DNA of 64,000 nucleotides from assembly GCA_905178155.1 (NCBI GenBank), contig CAJINV010000008.1:4055420-4119419 (forward strand), in the 5' to 3' direction. This DNA comes from Amoebophrya sp. A120. Lineage: Eukaryota > Protista > Dinoflagellata. The translations under genes and the position numbers were made by a program. Position 1 is the first letter of the stretch. Each line of letters starts with the position of its first letter. The notes beneath the pieces are model-generated. The model had not been told where the DNA came from. It ran no database searches and worked only from the letters and a program-made list of their open reading frames with translations. This document shows positions 24,801 through 38,419 of this stretch, piece by piece.

Positions 24801-27800
24801 CCCCCGGGGCTCGCCAACAGCTACGCGGGTTTGAACTTTCCGATCCTGATATCCAATTGCACAAGAACAACGACTCCCCCTTGTTCCCCTCCTTTGTTCA
24901 CGCTGGGCATGAGCAGCGGCAGTAGAACCATGCCCATCAGAAGTAACACTAACACTGCAGCCTGCGCATGACAAAGAAATCTAGCTCACTGAACTTGAGG
25001 GCTCTTCCGAAATACGACCTTGTTATCATGCAATAAATGATAAATATAGTCCCGGAGGACAGAAAAAAAATGAAATTTTTAATTTTGCATGAGAAATGAC
25101 TGAGAACAAGGGGGTGGGTCGAGGTCTTGTGCAACTCTGATACCTGATCAGCTCCTTGGGCGTGCTCGTCGGCTTGGCCACCATGGGAATCGTGCTGTAC
25201 ATGCCCTACTTTGCGGTTCGAAACACCGCGCAAATCGAGGGCGCACTGAAGGCGATCTTGATCGTGTCCACGGTGTTGGAGTCCGTCGCGGCCACGGTCG
25301 CGGCCTACGTGTTCCTCCCAAGCGAATTCCGCCTGGCCATGGACGACGGGACCATGGTGGTCCGAGGCACGTTGGATTTGCTGATCCCGATCATTCTCGG
25401 TTTGTGGGGAGGTCTGATCATCGGCATCGTGACCGAATACTACACGTCGCACTCCTACCGACCGGTGCGCGAAATCTCCGAGACCCAGCAGGTTTCCGCG
25501 GCCACGGGCATCATCTACGGGTTGGCACTGGGCTACCTTTCCTGCATCATCCCGATTCTGGTGCTGGTCCTCACCGTACTCGTCTCCCACAACCACGCAG
25601 GCATGTACGGAGTGGCCCTGGCAGCCTTAGGCATGCTCTCCACGTTGACACTTGGTAATATTCTCTATTGAATATAGGACTTTTGATTTGATATGAAATT
25701 TGCAGTCGAAGATCATCTTTTCCTCTCGACGACACAGAGGAAGAGGATTTTTTTGCTCTTCTCGTCATTTATAAAATGTTTCTCTGCGGCAGATAGAAAA
25801 GCAGATCAAGAACCAGTACGTAGCCGTGAACAAGAAGACCATGTTGATGCGTGTCGTGTGAAAACAACATTTTGCAACTAATTCGGAATAGACGAAGAGC
25901 ATTTTGCTAGTACTGGTGGTTTCCTCTTAGTCTTAACAACATCGTCATCAACGAACAACATATTTTTGTGAAATTATCAGGTCTTACCATCGACGCCTAC
26001 GGTCCCATCTCTGACAACGCGGGCGGCATCGCGGAAATGAGCGGGCTCGGGGCTTCCACCCGCGAGCTCACCGACGCACTGGATGCGGCGGGCAACACCA
26101 CCGCGGCGATCGGCAAGGGCTTTGCGATCGGCTCCGCCGCACTGGTGTCTCTAGCACTGTTTGGCGCCTTCAAAGTCCGGGCGGGGGTGCAGACGGTGGA
26201 TATCAAGTGCAAAAATGTCTGGGTCTGGAAGGTTAGAACTTGTCATGCTAAATCTGAATGATGCAAAAATCTGTGTTGCGTGAGTGCCAAGAGCTGTCCG
26301 CTTTTGACTTTTGACCAAAATGAGAGGGACTTTCTCATGCAGGAAAGGCATAAAAGAGACCTCAAAAAATCTGTCATGCTGGGTCTCGCATTCCAGACCT
26401 CATGGGTCATGGAAAACCTGCATCACAAATCTTGCATTCTTCCAGACCCAGACACTTTTCATTGTAATAGAGGACGTGTCGGACCCACTCGTGTGGAGCG
26501 GGCTGCTGGTCGGCGTATCATTTGTAAAAACGTCCCCACCCCATAGTCAAGATGGGGAATCGGCTAGAAAAGTCCACAAGCTTTGGCTGTTTCGCATGAC
26601 AAATTTGGACTCGTAGCGTAGTGCTGTTTCTTTGGGGTAGTTCAGCAGCATCACAGATCTAGCACATCGTGCTGACTGGAGCATGACAAATTCCAAAACG
26701 GCACTTTTTTTGCTTCTCATGGGGCTCCGCATGACAAACACTTTCAGCATGCAGGTTTGGCGGGGACGTTTTTAAATACGATACGGCGCTATGCTGCCCT
26801 ACGCGTTTTCGGCAATGACGATGAAGAGCGTTGGCGTGGCGGCACAAGATATGGTATGGATATGATATTATACCCTTGTCTACTTGCGACGTACGATGTT
26901 ACTTACGAACCTCGCGGCGCTCGCCGTCCTAGCTGCGTGGCGACTATTTGACGGACATCAAGTAGTTATTTCTCCTGCAAGTGTAGAGAAAACAAGCGTT
27001 TCCGAACATGAAAATGTCTTGTCCAAGAAGTGATGAAAAAAACCGCTGCCGGAAAACAAAAAAATAAAAAGCCGCTGTGTACTATAAAAAGATCCCTCCT
27101 CAGGTAAACGAATGCATGCGTCAATTTCCGCTGATTGTGGACGAGGGGAGAGAACCGGATTACGACACCTGCATCAAGATTTCCACCGAAGTATGAACTG
27201 CAAAGACGTCTGGCTCTGTAAAATCGTAACCTGTAATTTTGCCGTCCGTCTCACGCAGGCCCGGGGGCGGGCTAGACACTTGAAGAAGGTGTTGGAAAAA
27301 TTTGCTATGCTTGGCCGCACTCAAACAAAAGGATGCTTATGCTCAATGACCAGAATGCAGCACCACAGGTTCTTTCCACACCCAGACAGATTTGCAATGC
27401 ATACGAAGCCAGTCTACGCGAGATGATCCTCCCAGGAGCGCTCGTGATTTTCACCCCAATTTTATCCTGCGTAAAAACGTCCCCACCTCCCTTGTCTAGA
27501 ACTAGAAGATTGGAAATTTGATTGAATTTTCGATACATGCTACATCAAAATAAAGCAGTCGATAATCTGTGATGCGGCTATGTTACGACTTCTACAGTCC
27601 GATGTAGCCGAAGTTGTCATTATAGAAGTCCCAAAACTCGTGAACGTGTCTACCTAGCAAGCTTCCGATCTTGTGTCGACTGCATGATGAGGAGGCGATA
27701 AAATTTTTACTCCGGATAAAAATTCACCGGCTTGGTCTTCGGCAAGGAATGCGTGGCCGGGTTGTTGTCCGGAATTCTCGTGTATCAAGTGCAAAAATGT

Positions 27801-28835
27801 CTGGGTCTGGAAGAATGCAAGTTTGTCGTGCTTATCTCACATGACTCTTAAATTTGTCATGCACATTACCCGAGCGCCCCATTTTTCTGTCATGCAGAAA
27901 CGCAGTTTCTCATGCAGAATAAGCAACACCTAGAAGCTCAGAAACTTATCATGCTGAGCCACCTTCGTGATACGCCGCCCAGTATCATAACTTTCCAGAC
28001 CCCGACATTTTTACATTTGATATCGTGTCCGGCGTGCAGCTGGCAATTTCCATGTCAAACACCGGCGGAGCCTGGGACAACGCGAAGAAGTACATTGAAA
28101 AGGGCGGCCTGGGACCGGAGAGCTGTATAGAAAATGTTATGTAAATTTACGAACTCGACTTGCAAAAAATAAAAACTGGACTTCAAATTGTCACCTGACA
28201 CGACCATTCGCCGTGAGCTGCTGTGTGTGATTAACGTTTACGCATCTACATCATCGACGTCTCATGTAAGTATACTTTTATGCAGCATGAAGATGATGTC
28301 AAAACTACAAGAAGAGATCTTCTCCGAAATATTAAAACCAACAGCCAAGGGTAGCAAGGCACACCAGAACGCGGTCACCGGGGACACGGTTGGCGACTAT
28401 GAAAGTGCATAACTCCCCCTCCCCCTCATTTGTCATGTAAGTTCCCAAATCCAGGCTGTGCGGTGCCTCTTGGCACTGTTTGCATGACAAGTTTTGGTAG
28501 CCCAAAAAGCATAGTGCATTCCAGTGTGAATCTGTCATGCAAAACCGGCATTCTTGGTGATGCTTGTACTGCCGTCCATGCTATACAAATGAGGGGGAGG
28601 GGGAGTTGTGCACTGTTATAGCGACCCGCTGAAGGACACCTCGGGGCCGAGTCTGAACATTTTGGTGAAGTTGTCCGCGATTATCTCACTGGTATTCGCG
28701 GAGGTGTTCATCAGCACGGGGTGGCTCGCAACCTCGAATGCCGTGGGCGGCGCGGCTGCCGTGAGCCCCACGTCCCAGCCAGCGGTTCCGAATGCTGCCA
28801 TGAAGGCCAGCTCTCTGGCCGTCAAATCGCTGTGA
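21858..28835 (+). CDS. VP1: Vacuolar-type H+-translocating pyrophosphatase, K+-dependent (type I), long N-terminal extension; start uncertain
   Basis: [90 protein letters not shown] (Ala in GNTTAA marks K+-dependence), [31 protein letters not shown]. Nine introners, several GT-AG introns and a probable GC-AG intron 28122-28344. Confidence 0.95.
22692..22988. mobile_element. Degenerate introner family A, TSD GGGCC/GGCCC
   Basis: TATGCATTGCAAATA...TATTTGCAGTGGATA; junction IFWA|VLQTKW. Confidence 0.85.
23066..23327. mobile_element. Introner family A, TSD CGTCA
   Basis: Family A TIRs; same internal orientation as 3543-3808. Confidence 0.93.
24850..25142. mobile_element. Introner, TSD CCTGA
   Basis: TATCCAATTGCACAAGA...TCTTGTGCAACTCTGATA; junction FPIL|ISSLG. 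Confidence 0.88.
26201..26469. mobile_element. Introner family A, TSD GTGGA/GAGGA
   Basis: Family A TIRs; junction TVD|VSDP. Confidence 0.92.
26516..26783. mobile_element. Introner family E, TSD CGGCG
   Basis: TATCATTTGTAAAAACGTCCCC...GGGGACGTTTTTAAATACGATA; homologous to 58838-59116; junction GLLVG|AMLPY. Confidence 0.92.
27192..27403. mobile_element. Degenerate introner family A, TSD CGAAG
   Basis: TATGAACTGCAAAGACGTCTGG...CCAGACAGATTTGCAATGCATA; junction ISTE|ASLREM. Confidence 0.88.
27463..27718. mobile_element. Introner family E, TSD AATTT/AAAAT
   Basis: TATCCTGCGTAAAAACGTCCCC...TTTTTACTCCGGATA; junction TPI|FTGLVFG. Confidence 0.85.
27783..28022. mobile_element. Introner family A, TSD TCGTG
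   Basis: Family A TIRs; junction GILV|SGVQLAIS. Confidence 0.93.
28398..28620. mobile_element. Introner family C, TSD GCGAC
   Basis: Family C TIRs; splits the conserved GDTVGD|PLKD. Confidence 0.94.
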
Positions 28836-31208
28836 GCGCCTCCTCGTGCAGATGAATGGAAGAGGACGAAAAAATAATCACCTATCGCTTCGCTTATTCT
28901 ACTTCTCTCAAGAGCTTCCTCATCTAGCAATCAATCTCTCTGCGCCGGAGTTAAAGATGATAACAATGACGAAGTTCAGGAGATGATACGGGGGAAGTAG
29001 AAGTAGTAGTGGGCGAGAGGAAAATAACAATGACTCCTTGGAAAAAACTAACCGCACGACGGTGCTGGTGCAGTAAGTAGAAGAAGTACTGCTAGTAAAA
29101 ATGCCGATGATGTTAATGCTGGTGCTGGCAAAAAATAAAAGCCCAGGCCGCTCACCTACACAGGTGCCGCAGAGGAAAGCCGATCAGTACTATCCATCCT
29201 GAAAATAGATGAGCGTGGGTGTAGTGGCTTCCGTAGTTCTTCCGAGAAAAAAACGAAACGAGGAACGACCAAAGTTACCCGTCCCAACAATCCTCGGCTG
29301 ACGAGAGATGAAGAACAATTTTTTCAATTTGAATTTACTGTTTACTGTAGCTTATCGTTTACTGTCAGAAGATTTGAAGAAGATTTTATACGAAGATTCA
29401 GCATTGTCAGATCATTGATAGCACCAAGCCAAGGATCTCAATTGGTGACGAAAAGAATAAGAAAAATTGTGACTGTTTTACTCGGGATATGAATTTGTGA
29501 GCTCCGCTTTAGCTAAGACTTGCAATGCCTTGTACAAGCTACCTACATCATAGGCTTTCCATTCCGCAGCCAACTCGCTCCAAAGCGTTGTGGTGCGGTG
29601 GTGAGCGATTGAGCTAGAGCTACTTTGCAGCTAGAAATACCGCGGACGCAGCGAGGGACCACGCGGCTGTCCTGTAGTACCTTTTTATTCGACCTCTCTA
29701 GTGCAACCTAGGTACTTAACCCTGCAGGAGCTGATGGTGCTGATTATAGATATTTGTGGCAAGAGACTTCTAGATTATTTACCCCGTTTCTTCCTAAACT
29801 TGTAAATCCGTTTCAGCTCTTCCAAGCAGCATCGCCGCCAATAAACACAGGCGACACGGTATCCCGCGAAAAACCTGCTTTACTAACCCGATGGATTTTG
29901 TTTTTGCATGTTTGTATGCATGACTCACATCAAAATAAAGCTGCCATGTGTGCATGAGGATAAGCAAGTTTCGTAGGAGAAAAAATAAACATGGCGGGAA
30001 AAATCCCATGTTTTGTAGTTGTTCTAGCTCCTGCAAGGCATGAAACTCTCGAAGACCGCGGCTTTCTCGTCTCCATCACATTGAGGTCACAGTGAAGCAG
30101 TTTTTTCTCGCGATAAATGGAAGAACAGGCAGCCCTTTGCTTTTAACCTTATTGAACTTCTAGATTCTTTTTTCTCTTCCAAATAGTAACGCATGTGTTA
30201 TCTGTGCTTCTAGTGCTGTAATTGCAGCAGGCGGGTGCCGTTGCAGATGTTTCCGTGGTCCCTGCTGAGCCGCGCTCAGACGGGGGACACTACTTTCGAA
30301 TTCAGAAAATGCTCACGCTAATGCTATACTCGAAGATAAAGAAGATCGTCGACCTCAAAGGAAGGACAGTTATGGATGTGAAATCAAATATTTTGCTTAC
30401 TGTGCTATTTTGTAACAAGACAAGAATTATTTCTACTATTTGAGCTTTTTTCGAATCTGTATCTTCCGTGTCTGCCCGCGTTTCGTGGCCAGCAGCGCTC
30501 GGACGAGCGAAATGATCATAGCTACTATTGTGGAGCTATTGACACGAGCTACGTGCTCTTGGTGGACTTGCTTCATCTTCGGATGTAAGTAGTCTCCCGC
30601 CTGCTGTTGTGGGGCTCGTGGCATCATCTTGGGCGTCGTCTACTGGTTTTGTTCCTCATTGTAAGTTGCCCTCGAGCCACCTCCAACTGATCGTTGTTCT
30701 GGACAAGAAGGAGGCAGGTTGCATCATCATCTTCGTAAGATTAGACAAGCACTTGTTAGTTTCAGGCATCGTATTTGTTTCATCCTCGACATCGTGGCCA
30801 GTCTGGGAGCTGAAGTTGTACGAGAGTGAAGACCATCATCAAGACCGGTTCGCTGGTCCAGGCAGCATTATTTGTGATTCGCTCCTACTTCGTGTGAGAA
30901 TAAAGAGAAAGCTTGACAGAGAGACTGAGGGAGATATTAGTGCGTTCGCCGAGTTTGTCCTTTCATCAATCTGCAGTCGCTAAATTCGCTGGCGTTGGTC
31001 CATTCGCTCGCACAAAGAGATAGACGGAAGTAGAGGGAGAAATTTGAAACTTCATCGCTCTACTTCTGCTAGCCTCTTTGTTCTTTACTTTTCCGAGCAA
31101 GTGAAAATTTCTCTGCTCTTACAAGATCCTGATCCAGGGAAAACAGGTGGTACGGTAGGTACGTATCTCTCAGAACTCGTCGTCTGCAAAAAGGTTATTT
31201 ACCCAACG

Positions 31209-34200
31209 ATGGAGCAGAACGCCTCCGCGGGGTTCGCGAAAAAAATCGAGATGCCGGGCGACTTCCCGGAGATCCTGAAGGACTTCACACGGGAGGTTTT
31301 GAGGCATCAACCAGGAAACGTGTACGAATTCGGCGTAAAATATTTCGAAGAGAAACTCCTCGCGTCCGGTTCGGCGGCTTTGGAGTCCGCATTGTCGGGC
31401 GATGACTTGTCCCTGGAGAAGATGGAAGAGATCATCCAGCAGCTCTTTATCAAATACGACGAAGACAAGTCCGGCTACCTGGACAGGAGAGAATTCAGAA
31501 AATTGCTCTCAGACCTCAGGACACAGTACGCATTTTTTTTTAAAAACCTCGATCTACATCTTCACGTAAGTAGACGTGCGGGTCGTGGAGGTCGCTGTTC
31601 ATGTTAATGCCATAAATAAGTAGTATCGCAGCACTGCAGGTTCGGACTTTTCGTACAGGAACCTCACGTCGAATGTCATGAACCCACCAGAATATTCCAC
31701 ATAATGTGAAAACGCGAAAATCTGCAATCGCAAACTCATCTTCAGGATTCCTTTTATTTCCGAAGACGATTATCCTGAGTAAAAATAGATGTCCCCACTA
31801 GATTTTTGTTTCTTCCAGTACATAGCTTGAACACCCTAAGGTCAAGATAGATCATTTAAGGCTGTTCTTGCGCTCCACCAGCCGAAAACATGTTGAATAA
31901 ATCCGATTTCAAAAAGTCCCGGAGAGCAATGAATAGAAAATGCTCCCAATGTGCTGGCGCATGAGAGGACACAAGCTAGGCCTAGGGCTAGGCATGCAAA
32001 GGAATATGCATGAAAAGTCTGGGGAGGTGGGGATGTTTTTACTCCGGATAGCGACCTGTTCTTCTTTATGTCCGAGGCAGACGGTGACGAAAACAACGTA
32101 TGCAGTGCAAAAGTGTCTGGGTCCGGAAGATGAACAGGGCAAGCTGTTTTGCATGGAGACCGAAAAGATCGCAGCTTGGTGTGTCCTGCAAAAACGCAGC
32201 GCGCTGCAGATAGGTACAGAGGGTCCCACCAGGACGAACTTGAACTTGTCGTGCTAGCTTGGCTGCATTTAGAAGTCAGTGTAGTGCAAGTGCTCCCATC
32301 ATGCACAAATTCGTATCGCAAATTTCCAGACCCAGTTCGATTTTCTCAATGCATAAAACCAGATCGAATACGACGAGTTTATTCCAGTAGCACTGCAAAT
32401 CATCCAGACAATGTATCTATACCTAGCTCCTACGAGCAGCGTATCTTCTTCCTCAATTAAGATTAAGAATGACAAAAACATCCTAGCTTTTCGTTTTTTT
32501 GATGTGGTCTTTCACTTTTGAACATGACCAAAATAACCACCACACGTCGAAGGGGAAGGAAAGGAGTAAACTCATAATATTGAAAAAAAAATGCAGGTAC
32601 TCCCGGAAAAAGCACCTCGCGCACAAGCAGGAAGTGCAGGCACAGGCACAAGTATGGAACAAATTCGACAGCCTAGCCGCGGTCAATAGGTAACATCAAT
32701 CCGGCGTTGTCCTGTTGGGTGCCACTTTTCTTTTAGGAGGTGGAGAAGCACTAGCTGCACCAGAAATGATGTTCATGTTGTTTTAAGTATTTCATTCATT
32801 CCACGACGAACTCTACTGCATCATGATCTTCGATGGCAAGAACGTGTTGCACCAGCACCCTCAAGATGACATTACGGCCAGTATGAATCGAAGTTAATAC
32901 ATGTTGATCGTGATCGAATTTCATCCCTTGCATAAACTGCAATCCTGGTGCACGGTATGGATCGAGCAGAGCTTGAGGACGTGCTGCAAAAATTGTTCCG
33001 AAACTTCGACACCGACGGGTACTATAGTGCATCTGCATACTTACTGGCTTACTGAAAATGAGCATGACAAGTAGTTGATTTGTCTTTTGATTTCCATGCG
33101 CGATTCGTGTAACTCAAGTCTAAAAGTCGCTGTCCTTATTTCTTCAAAACCTAAAATGAACTCTATGATAATGATTGACTGTTGTTTGAGTAGACGCATC
33201 GATCTAAGTACCTTCATGCGATGGTAACAACTTGTAGTACGCGCATGTATTAAGACAGAAGAAATAGTGCAAATTTTGCAGTGATCCCTCGTCTTTGACT
33301 TTTTATCAGGTCCGGTGCCCTGTCCCGTAGCGAATTCGAGAAGGCACTGTCCTCCATGGAGCTCGGCTTGACAATACCTATTGCAAATATCCCTGGGTTC
33401 GTATTTGTGATGGGAACAGATATCTGTCGCATATCATATTCTGCATACGACAAGAATTATGGAATCTGCGAAGATTATAATGGCATGGAGAGAATTCGTG
33501 ACTTTCTCTATCTTACTGGAAGAACAAGGCCATGCAAAATCATATAAATATGGTGTGGCGCTGGGTGCGGGTGTCCACTACATGATGATGATGATGATGA
33601 TGATGATGCAGTGGTCGCAAAACTTGTAATGCGTTTATGCCGTAGAGAAGTCCGCGCATGCCCATGTTGAAAGCGTCGGCATGACAACAAGTCGCGTGCT
33701 TTCAATAAATATCCGGACCCCGAGGACATATTTGCAGGGGATAGACAAGAAAAGAAATCAATTCCATCCTCTTCCACTACGACGCAGACGAGTATCCTCT
33801 GTGAAATAAACGTCTCGACCCTATATCTGCCATGCAATTTTATATGCTCTCATGCGCAGGAGCCCCTTGAGAGGCAGCATTTATTTCCAATGCTATTAGT
33901 TTATCATTATCTAGGACGTCGAGTTTGATGTTTGTCTGCTAACAGACTGTCGGTTTCAGCTTCTGACGCGACTGTGTTAGAAGCTGCAGCCCATCGCGAC
34001 AACTAAAAATGATCTAGAGATCCGAAATTGTCAATCTATGCAAAAACAGCGTTCAACCCTGTACCTGTAGTTGATTCGCGTATTATAGCAACATGCCTAT
34101 TTTGACGTTGACGAGGATCATCTTCATCATGTATGACTATGCTAGAATGGGGTGGGGACGTTTTCACTCGGGATCACGAGGACGGGAATATCACGTATTC

Positions 34201-36861
34201 CGAATTCGTCCCCTTCGCTTTCGATCTGCTGTCCAAACTAACTGAGTTGAGGATTTTCGAAACCGAGATGGCAGAGGACGAGCTCGCACAGTTTCTATAT
34301 CCCAGAGAAAATAAAACCTAGCATGCCACTGTCGACGTAATGCAAGAAGAATGCACAGAGGACCAGGACATTCCAGTTCTGCCATAGAGGGGCCATATTA
34401 CATGGCACGGGGCCCAGGCTACGCATGACAGATTTGCCTATCTAAGTCGTGCTTATTCATCTTGCACGACAAGTGTGAGAATATCCCAGTTTTTTTCTGT
34501 GTGATACCCTCGTGGATTTGTTCAAGGCAAAAGAGGTCGAGCTGGGAGGCAGCGGCGGAGAGAGGCCGCCAGGTATCATGTTTAACAACATGAAACATGA
34601 TTCTTGGAGTGCGTTTAGCTCGTTTTGCAAGCTAATAACTCTGCGGAAAATATAATTGAAGCAGATCCAAACGCAAGAAGATCATGAAGGTGCATATTTA
34701 CTTACAGCACTACAGTATTTCTCATGCGATGTTGTGGAGAGCCGCAAGTGGGCAAATAAATAGTTTGAGCAGCTGCAAGAACCGGCAGTGAATAAGTAAA
34801 ATAGTAGAAATACCAAATAGAACTTCTACCTGACTTCTGTGATCAAGGTATGCTACCGGTGGACGAAATCAAGGACCTCCTACACCAAGCGGCATCTAGG
34901 AAAGTGAAAGATGAAGAAAACGCATGCAATATTCAATACGTTCTCGTGCTGCTTGTAACTTCCGCCCTCGTCAAGTCTGTGCTTTTCTATTTCAGGATGA
35001 AATTATAATACTTAAAGGCTTATTGGTCATGGCGTTTACAGCATGATGGTGATACATAAAGCGCTGATCCTTGATGGCACGATACGCTGGCATCGAATGA
35101 AAAATGATGTTGTGCGGGAGTTGGAAATAAGAGCGTCGCTTTTTCTTTGTTCCTATCCATACCTCTGGGTTTGACAAGATTGCAGGTTATCGCCGTCGTT
35201 TCTGCAGCAGAGGCAAATGACGAAGGTAAGTAAGTACCTAAAAGCTGCACCGTACATATTTTTGTAGGGTAGTTTTCAGTTTTCATCACTATTAGCATGC
35301 AGGTCGCGATTCGAAGCGATGTACTACTTCTCATTCAGAAGTCCCGAACTCTTCATCCACACAAGTTAAGAGGTAGGGATCGGTGTTGCCGAGGTGCGAA
35401 AAACATCACGGTAGATGTGGAGCCGGAATTTTTTGTTGATACGGCACAACTGACATCAATATACTAATCAGGTTACGTGAACTATATGCAGTTCATACCG
35501 AAGGCGGTGGACGTTGCAAGAGCCCTGATGTCTTTCGAGGATGACCTGGCCGCGAAGGTGGATACCACACAGAAAAATCAAAATGCTAGCATCATGCTGC
35601 CAATTTGTAAAATGCAAAAATAGAAGATCATACTTAGGCTCTACTTACAGAAACAAAAATCCGTCGTCACCATGCGCGAGCCTATTATGAATAGCATGCT
35701 GTTCCTTGTTTTTCTTCTTGCGAGATGTTGCAAAAGATGAAAGTTTTCGTTGTATTCATTTTTCCATATGACCACATCAAATAGAAATGTGCTAGCTTTT
35801 TTCTTTTTCGTGTGTGATAATGGAGCTCCGCGACTTGACCGTCGTGGTGCACGAGACCCTCAGCGCCATGCCGTGCCCAAGTAAACTTCCTTTTTTTCCA
35901 TGCAGGATGCTGAATTAAGAGTTCGCCTCCAACTGGTAATGGTATCGTCGATTTCATGCGTGACAAATCGGTTCAACTTTGACGATTTCGATCCTGACAC
36001 TCACATTATGCTATTATCCAGGCCCCTATGGCGACGTCGAAGCCGGTATCCACGCCCTGGGTGTGGAGGACGGAATATCCTGAGTGAAAACGTCCCCGTC
36101 GAATGTTTGTCATGCAAATCTGCATGATGCTCAGGAACAGGATGTCAATGCCTCTCATGGGCATGCGAGGCCCATGATTCGGGGAATCATATACTATATG
36201 ATGGTGTTTTATGTAATGGCTGACCACGGCTGCAACGACATGTTCATGTGCAAGTCCAAATTCGTCACGCCGAGTTCACAAAGCTTGCTTCTGCACTTCT
36301 TGTTTCTGCATTCTCTATCTCTTCATCACGCGGACGAGTTCAGAGAGCTTGCCTCTGTCTCTCACGCGGAGTTCACAAACCTTGCTTGTTAGCAGATCAT
36401 CTCATGCATCTTCACGTCGTATCACTACGCATTATACCATAGGGCGGGGACTACATTTTCGCTCAGGATATGGGATCGCCCGTAGTTTGCTCACCGCAGC
36501 CCGATTCGCGCTCATCGACGGCGGCGTGGACACCGCGACGCTGGCAAAGGATGCGTACGCGAGTGCACAACTGACTCCCCGGGTCCCCGTCATTTTCCAC
36601 GCAAAAGCGCAACTCCAGTGCCAGTTGATGTTGCGTTTTCGTTTTGGCACGGTTTGCATGATAGGCTCGCTTCAGCTGCTGTCCACCTTGTAGTTGTACA
36701 AAAATACTGCGTGCGTCTGTTATGCTTTGTTCTTGTTGATGACGCTTCTGGTCCTGGTGGTGTCGCTAAGTACTCACGTTTGCCCTCCAAGTGGGAGGGG
36801 AGTTGTGCACTCTCATAATGCGCCCAGCATTCTCAAAAATTCGATGCGGGGGATGAAGTGA
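31209..36861 (+). CDS. RIIa (D/D) domain plus multiple EF-hand protein, radial spoke protein 7-like; many short exons
   Basis: N-terminal MPGDFPEILKDFTREVLRHQPGNVYEFGVKYF (RIIa) followed by EF loops DEDKSGYLDRREF, DGDENNxIEYDEF, DTDGSGALSRSEF, DADEDGNITYSEF. This domain combination is characteristic of flagellar RSP7. 3' exons are only approximately resolved. Confidence 0.8.
31771..32050. mobile_element. Introner family E, TSD ACGAT/GCGAC
   Basis: TATCCTGAGTAAAAA..GTCCCCAC...GTGGGGATGTTTTTACTCCGGATA. Confidence 0.88.
32099..32355. mobile_element. Introner family A, TSD CAACG/AAACC
   Basis: Degenerate family A TIRs, inside an EF-hand loop. Confidence 0.85.
33375..33743. mobile_element. Degenerate introner family A, TSD GACAA
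   Basis: TACCTATTGCAAATAT...ATATTTGCAGGGGATA; junction ELGLT|RKEIN; contains a (GAT)n microsatellite. Confidence 0.85.
33793..34175. mobile_element. Introner family E, TSD ACGAG (right end GATC)
   Basis: Right end GTGGGGACGTTTTCACTCGGGATC; junction DADE|DGNI. Confidence 0.87.
34298..34506. mobile_element. Degenerate introner, TSD TTCTA/CCCTC
   Basis: TATCCCAGAGAAAA...TTTTCTGTGTGATA; junction AQFL|VDLF. Confidence 0.78.
36076..36470. mobile_element. Introner family E, TSD CGGAA/TGGGA
   Basis: TATCCTGAGTGAAAACGTCCCCG...CGGGGACTACATTTTCGCTCAGGATA. Confidence 0.85.
36556..36817. mobile_element. Degenerate introner family C, TSD ATGCG
   Basis: TACGCGAGTGCACAACT...AGTTGTGCACTCTCATA; perfect TSD. 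Confidence 0.87.
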
Positions 36862-38419
36862 GCGCACCCTAGGAGAAGGCGCCGTCGAACTACACACCGT
36901 ACCTCATACAGGAAAGCTGGCGCACGTCCTCGAGAAATCGAAAAACTGATAATGTGCTGTAAACAAACAAACACTTCGAAGACAGTAACAGATTTGAGGA
37001 AAATATGAAACCATGACCAAGAATAGCTGCAGTATCTAAGACGAGGCGACCCGTCACGTCCTCAACAGAAGACTTTTCCATCATAAACCAAGAATAGCAA
37101 CCAGATGGAGGACATCAAATAATAGACACTAAAAGACCTAAAACCAATCTAGCAACAGTAAACCGTAAACTTTAGCGACACCCCTAAAAATTTGAATAGC
37201 AATGTTGTTCCCGAAGATACCACAAAGAGCAGGAACAAACCGGATTCCTTCGGCGTTCGGCGGCTTCATAGTCCGGTGATGAACTGGATTTATATTGCGA
37301 TTTGTGTGTAGGGCTTTTTGAATGAAGTAGGACAAATGGTCCGCGGCCGTGGAACCACACTACTAGTTCAGTAGAAACAGAAGTCGAAATGTACCACATT
37401 GTACAAAAGAAAAATATACGTGAAAAGTGTAAATCGGTCGTATGAAAAGTAGAGGAACAAATCTTGCACCTCCACAGATGCAGCGACCTCGAAGTGGATG
37501 CGTTGGAAAAAGAAGAAATGCTATTGTATCAACAAAAAACCTTATGAAAGGAATATAGCCAACGCATCTGTTTCAGAAACTTGAACTTTTCGTATGATGA
37601 CGATGCACAACAAGACTGCTTTGTACTTGATAGATTGCCCAGGCTGCAATCTAGAAGATGATGATGAAGTCAGAATGGGATGCTTGGATAAAAATTAAGC
37701 GGGGCAGTGCTGGCCGACGTAGAGCTAGATGATCTGCTTGCTTCCAGCCCGCCGCCGTCGCGAGTCACCTCGTTTTTATCGGAAGTGGTCTGGCTTGCGA
37801 CCAGGGAGAGAGTTTTTTATTTTTTTTTTCTTTGTGTTGCCATCGGGATTGGTACCTTTGTTGCCTTGACGCAGCACTCACTCTTCAGTAGGGGGAACGA
37901 CTAGAAAGGCAAAGGAAAAAAGATTGGATACTGATGGTTTTAGTTCGCTTTTCGACGGGCGAGGAATAAACGGGATTCTTCTAAAAAGGCATCTTCACGT
38001 CCTTGATTAAGTCGCAATGAAACTTCTATACGCGTCGTGCCCAGGGCGAGCACGTAATTGAGAAAATATGAAGAAGCAACTATAAACAGAAGAAACCACT
38101 AGATCCCAGACGAGGGCAGACCGCTGCAGGTTCGTTGCAAATCCAAATGCAACTGTAAAAGTAGAAAATGATGGCCGAAGATGAACATAACAACCTGCAC
38201 CGGACCATCTTCAAGCTCCACTTCTACTGCCGCGCAAAAAGAATGTGTGTCGATCATCTTATCAAATTCGCTTCTGGTTTATAATTTCAAGTGATGAAGT
38301 TTAATACTATGTCTGAGTGAAGAAGAAGCCAGCGAAAAATCCAATCAGCATCAGATTGTTGAGAGCCGCACACGCACCAGCGCCGAAAACAGAAAATAAA
38401 GTTCCCGAAGCAGGAAAAG

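Noticed and set aside
30222-30983. Short plus-strand ORFs upstream of the RSP7-like gene
   Set aside because: No recognisable motifs or coding-like codon bias; treated as intergenic or UTR.
33583-33608. (GAT)n microsatellite
   Set aside because: Simple slippage repeat inside an intron; no further structure.
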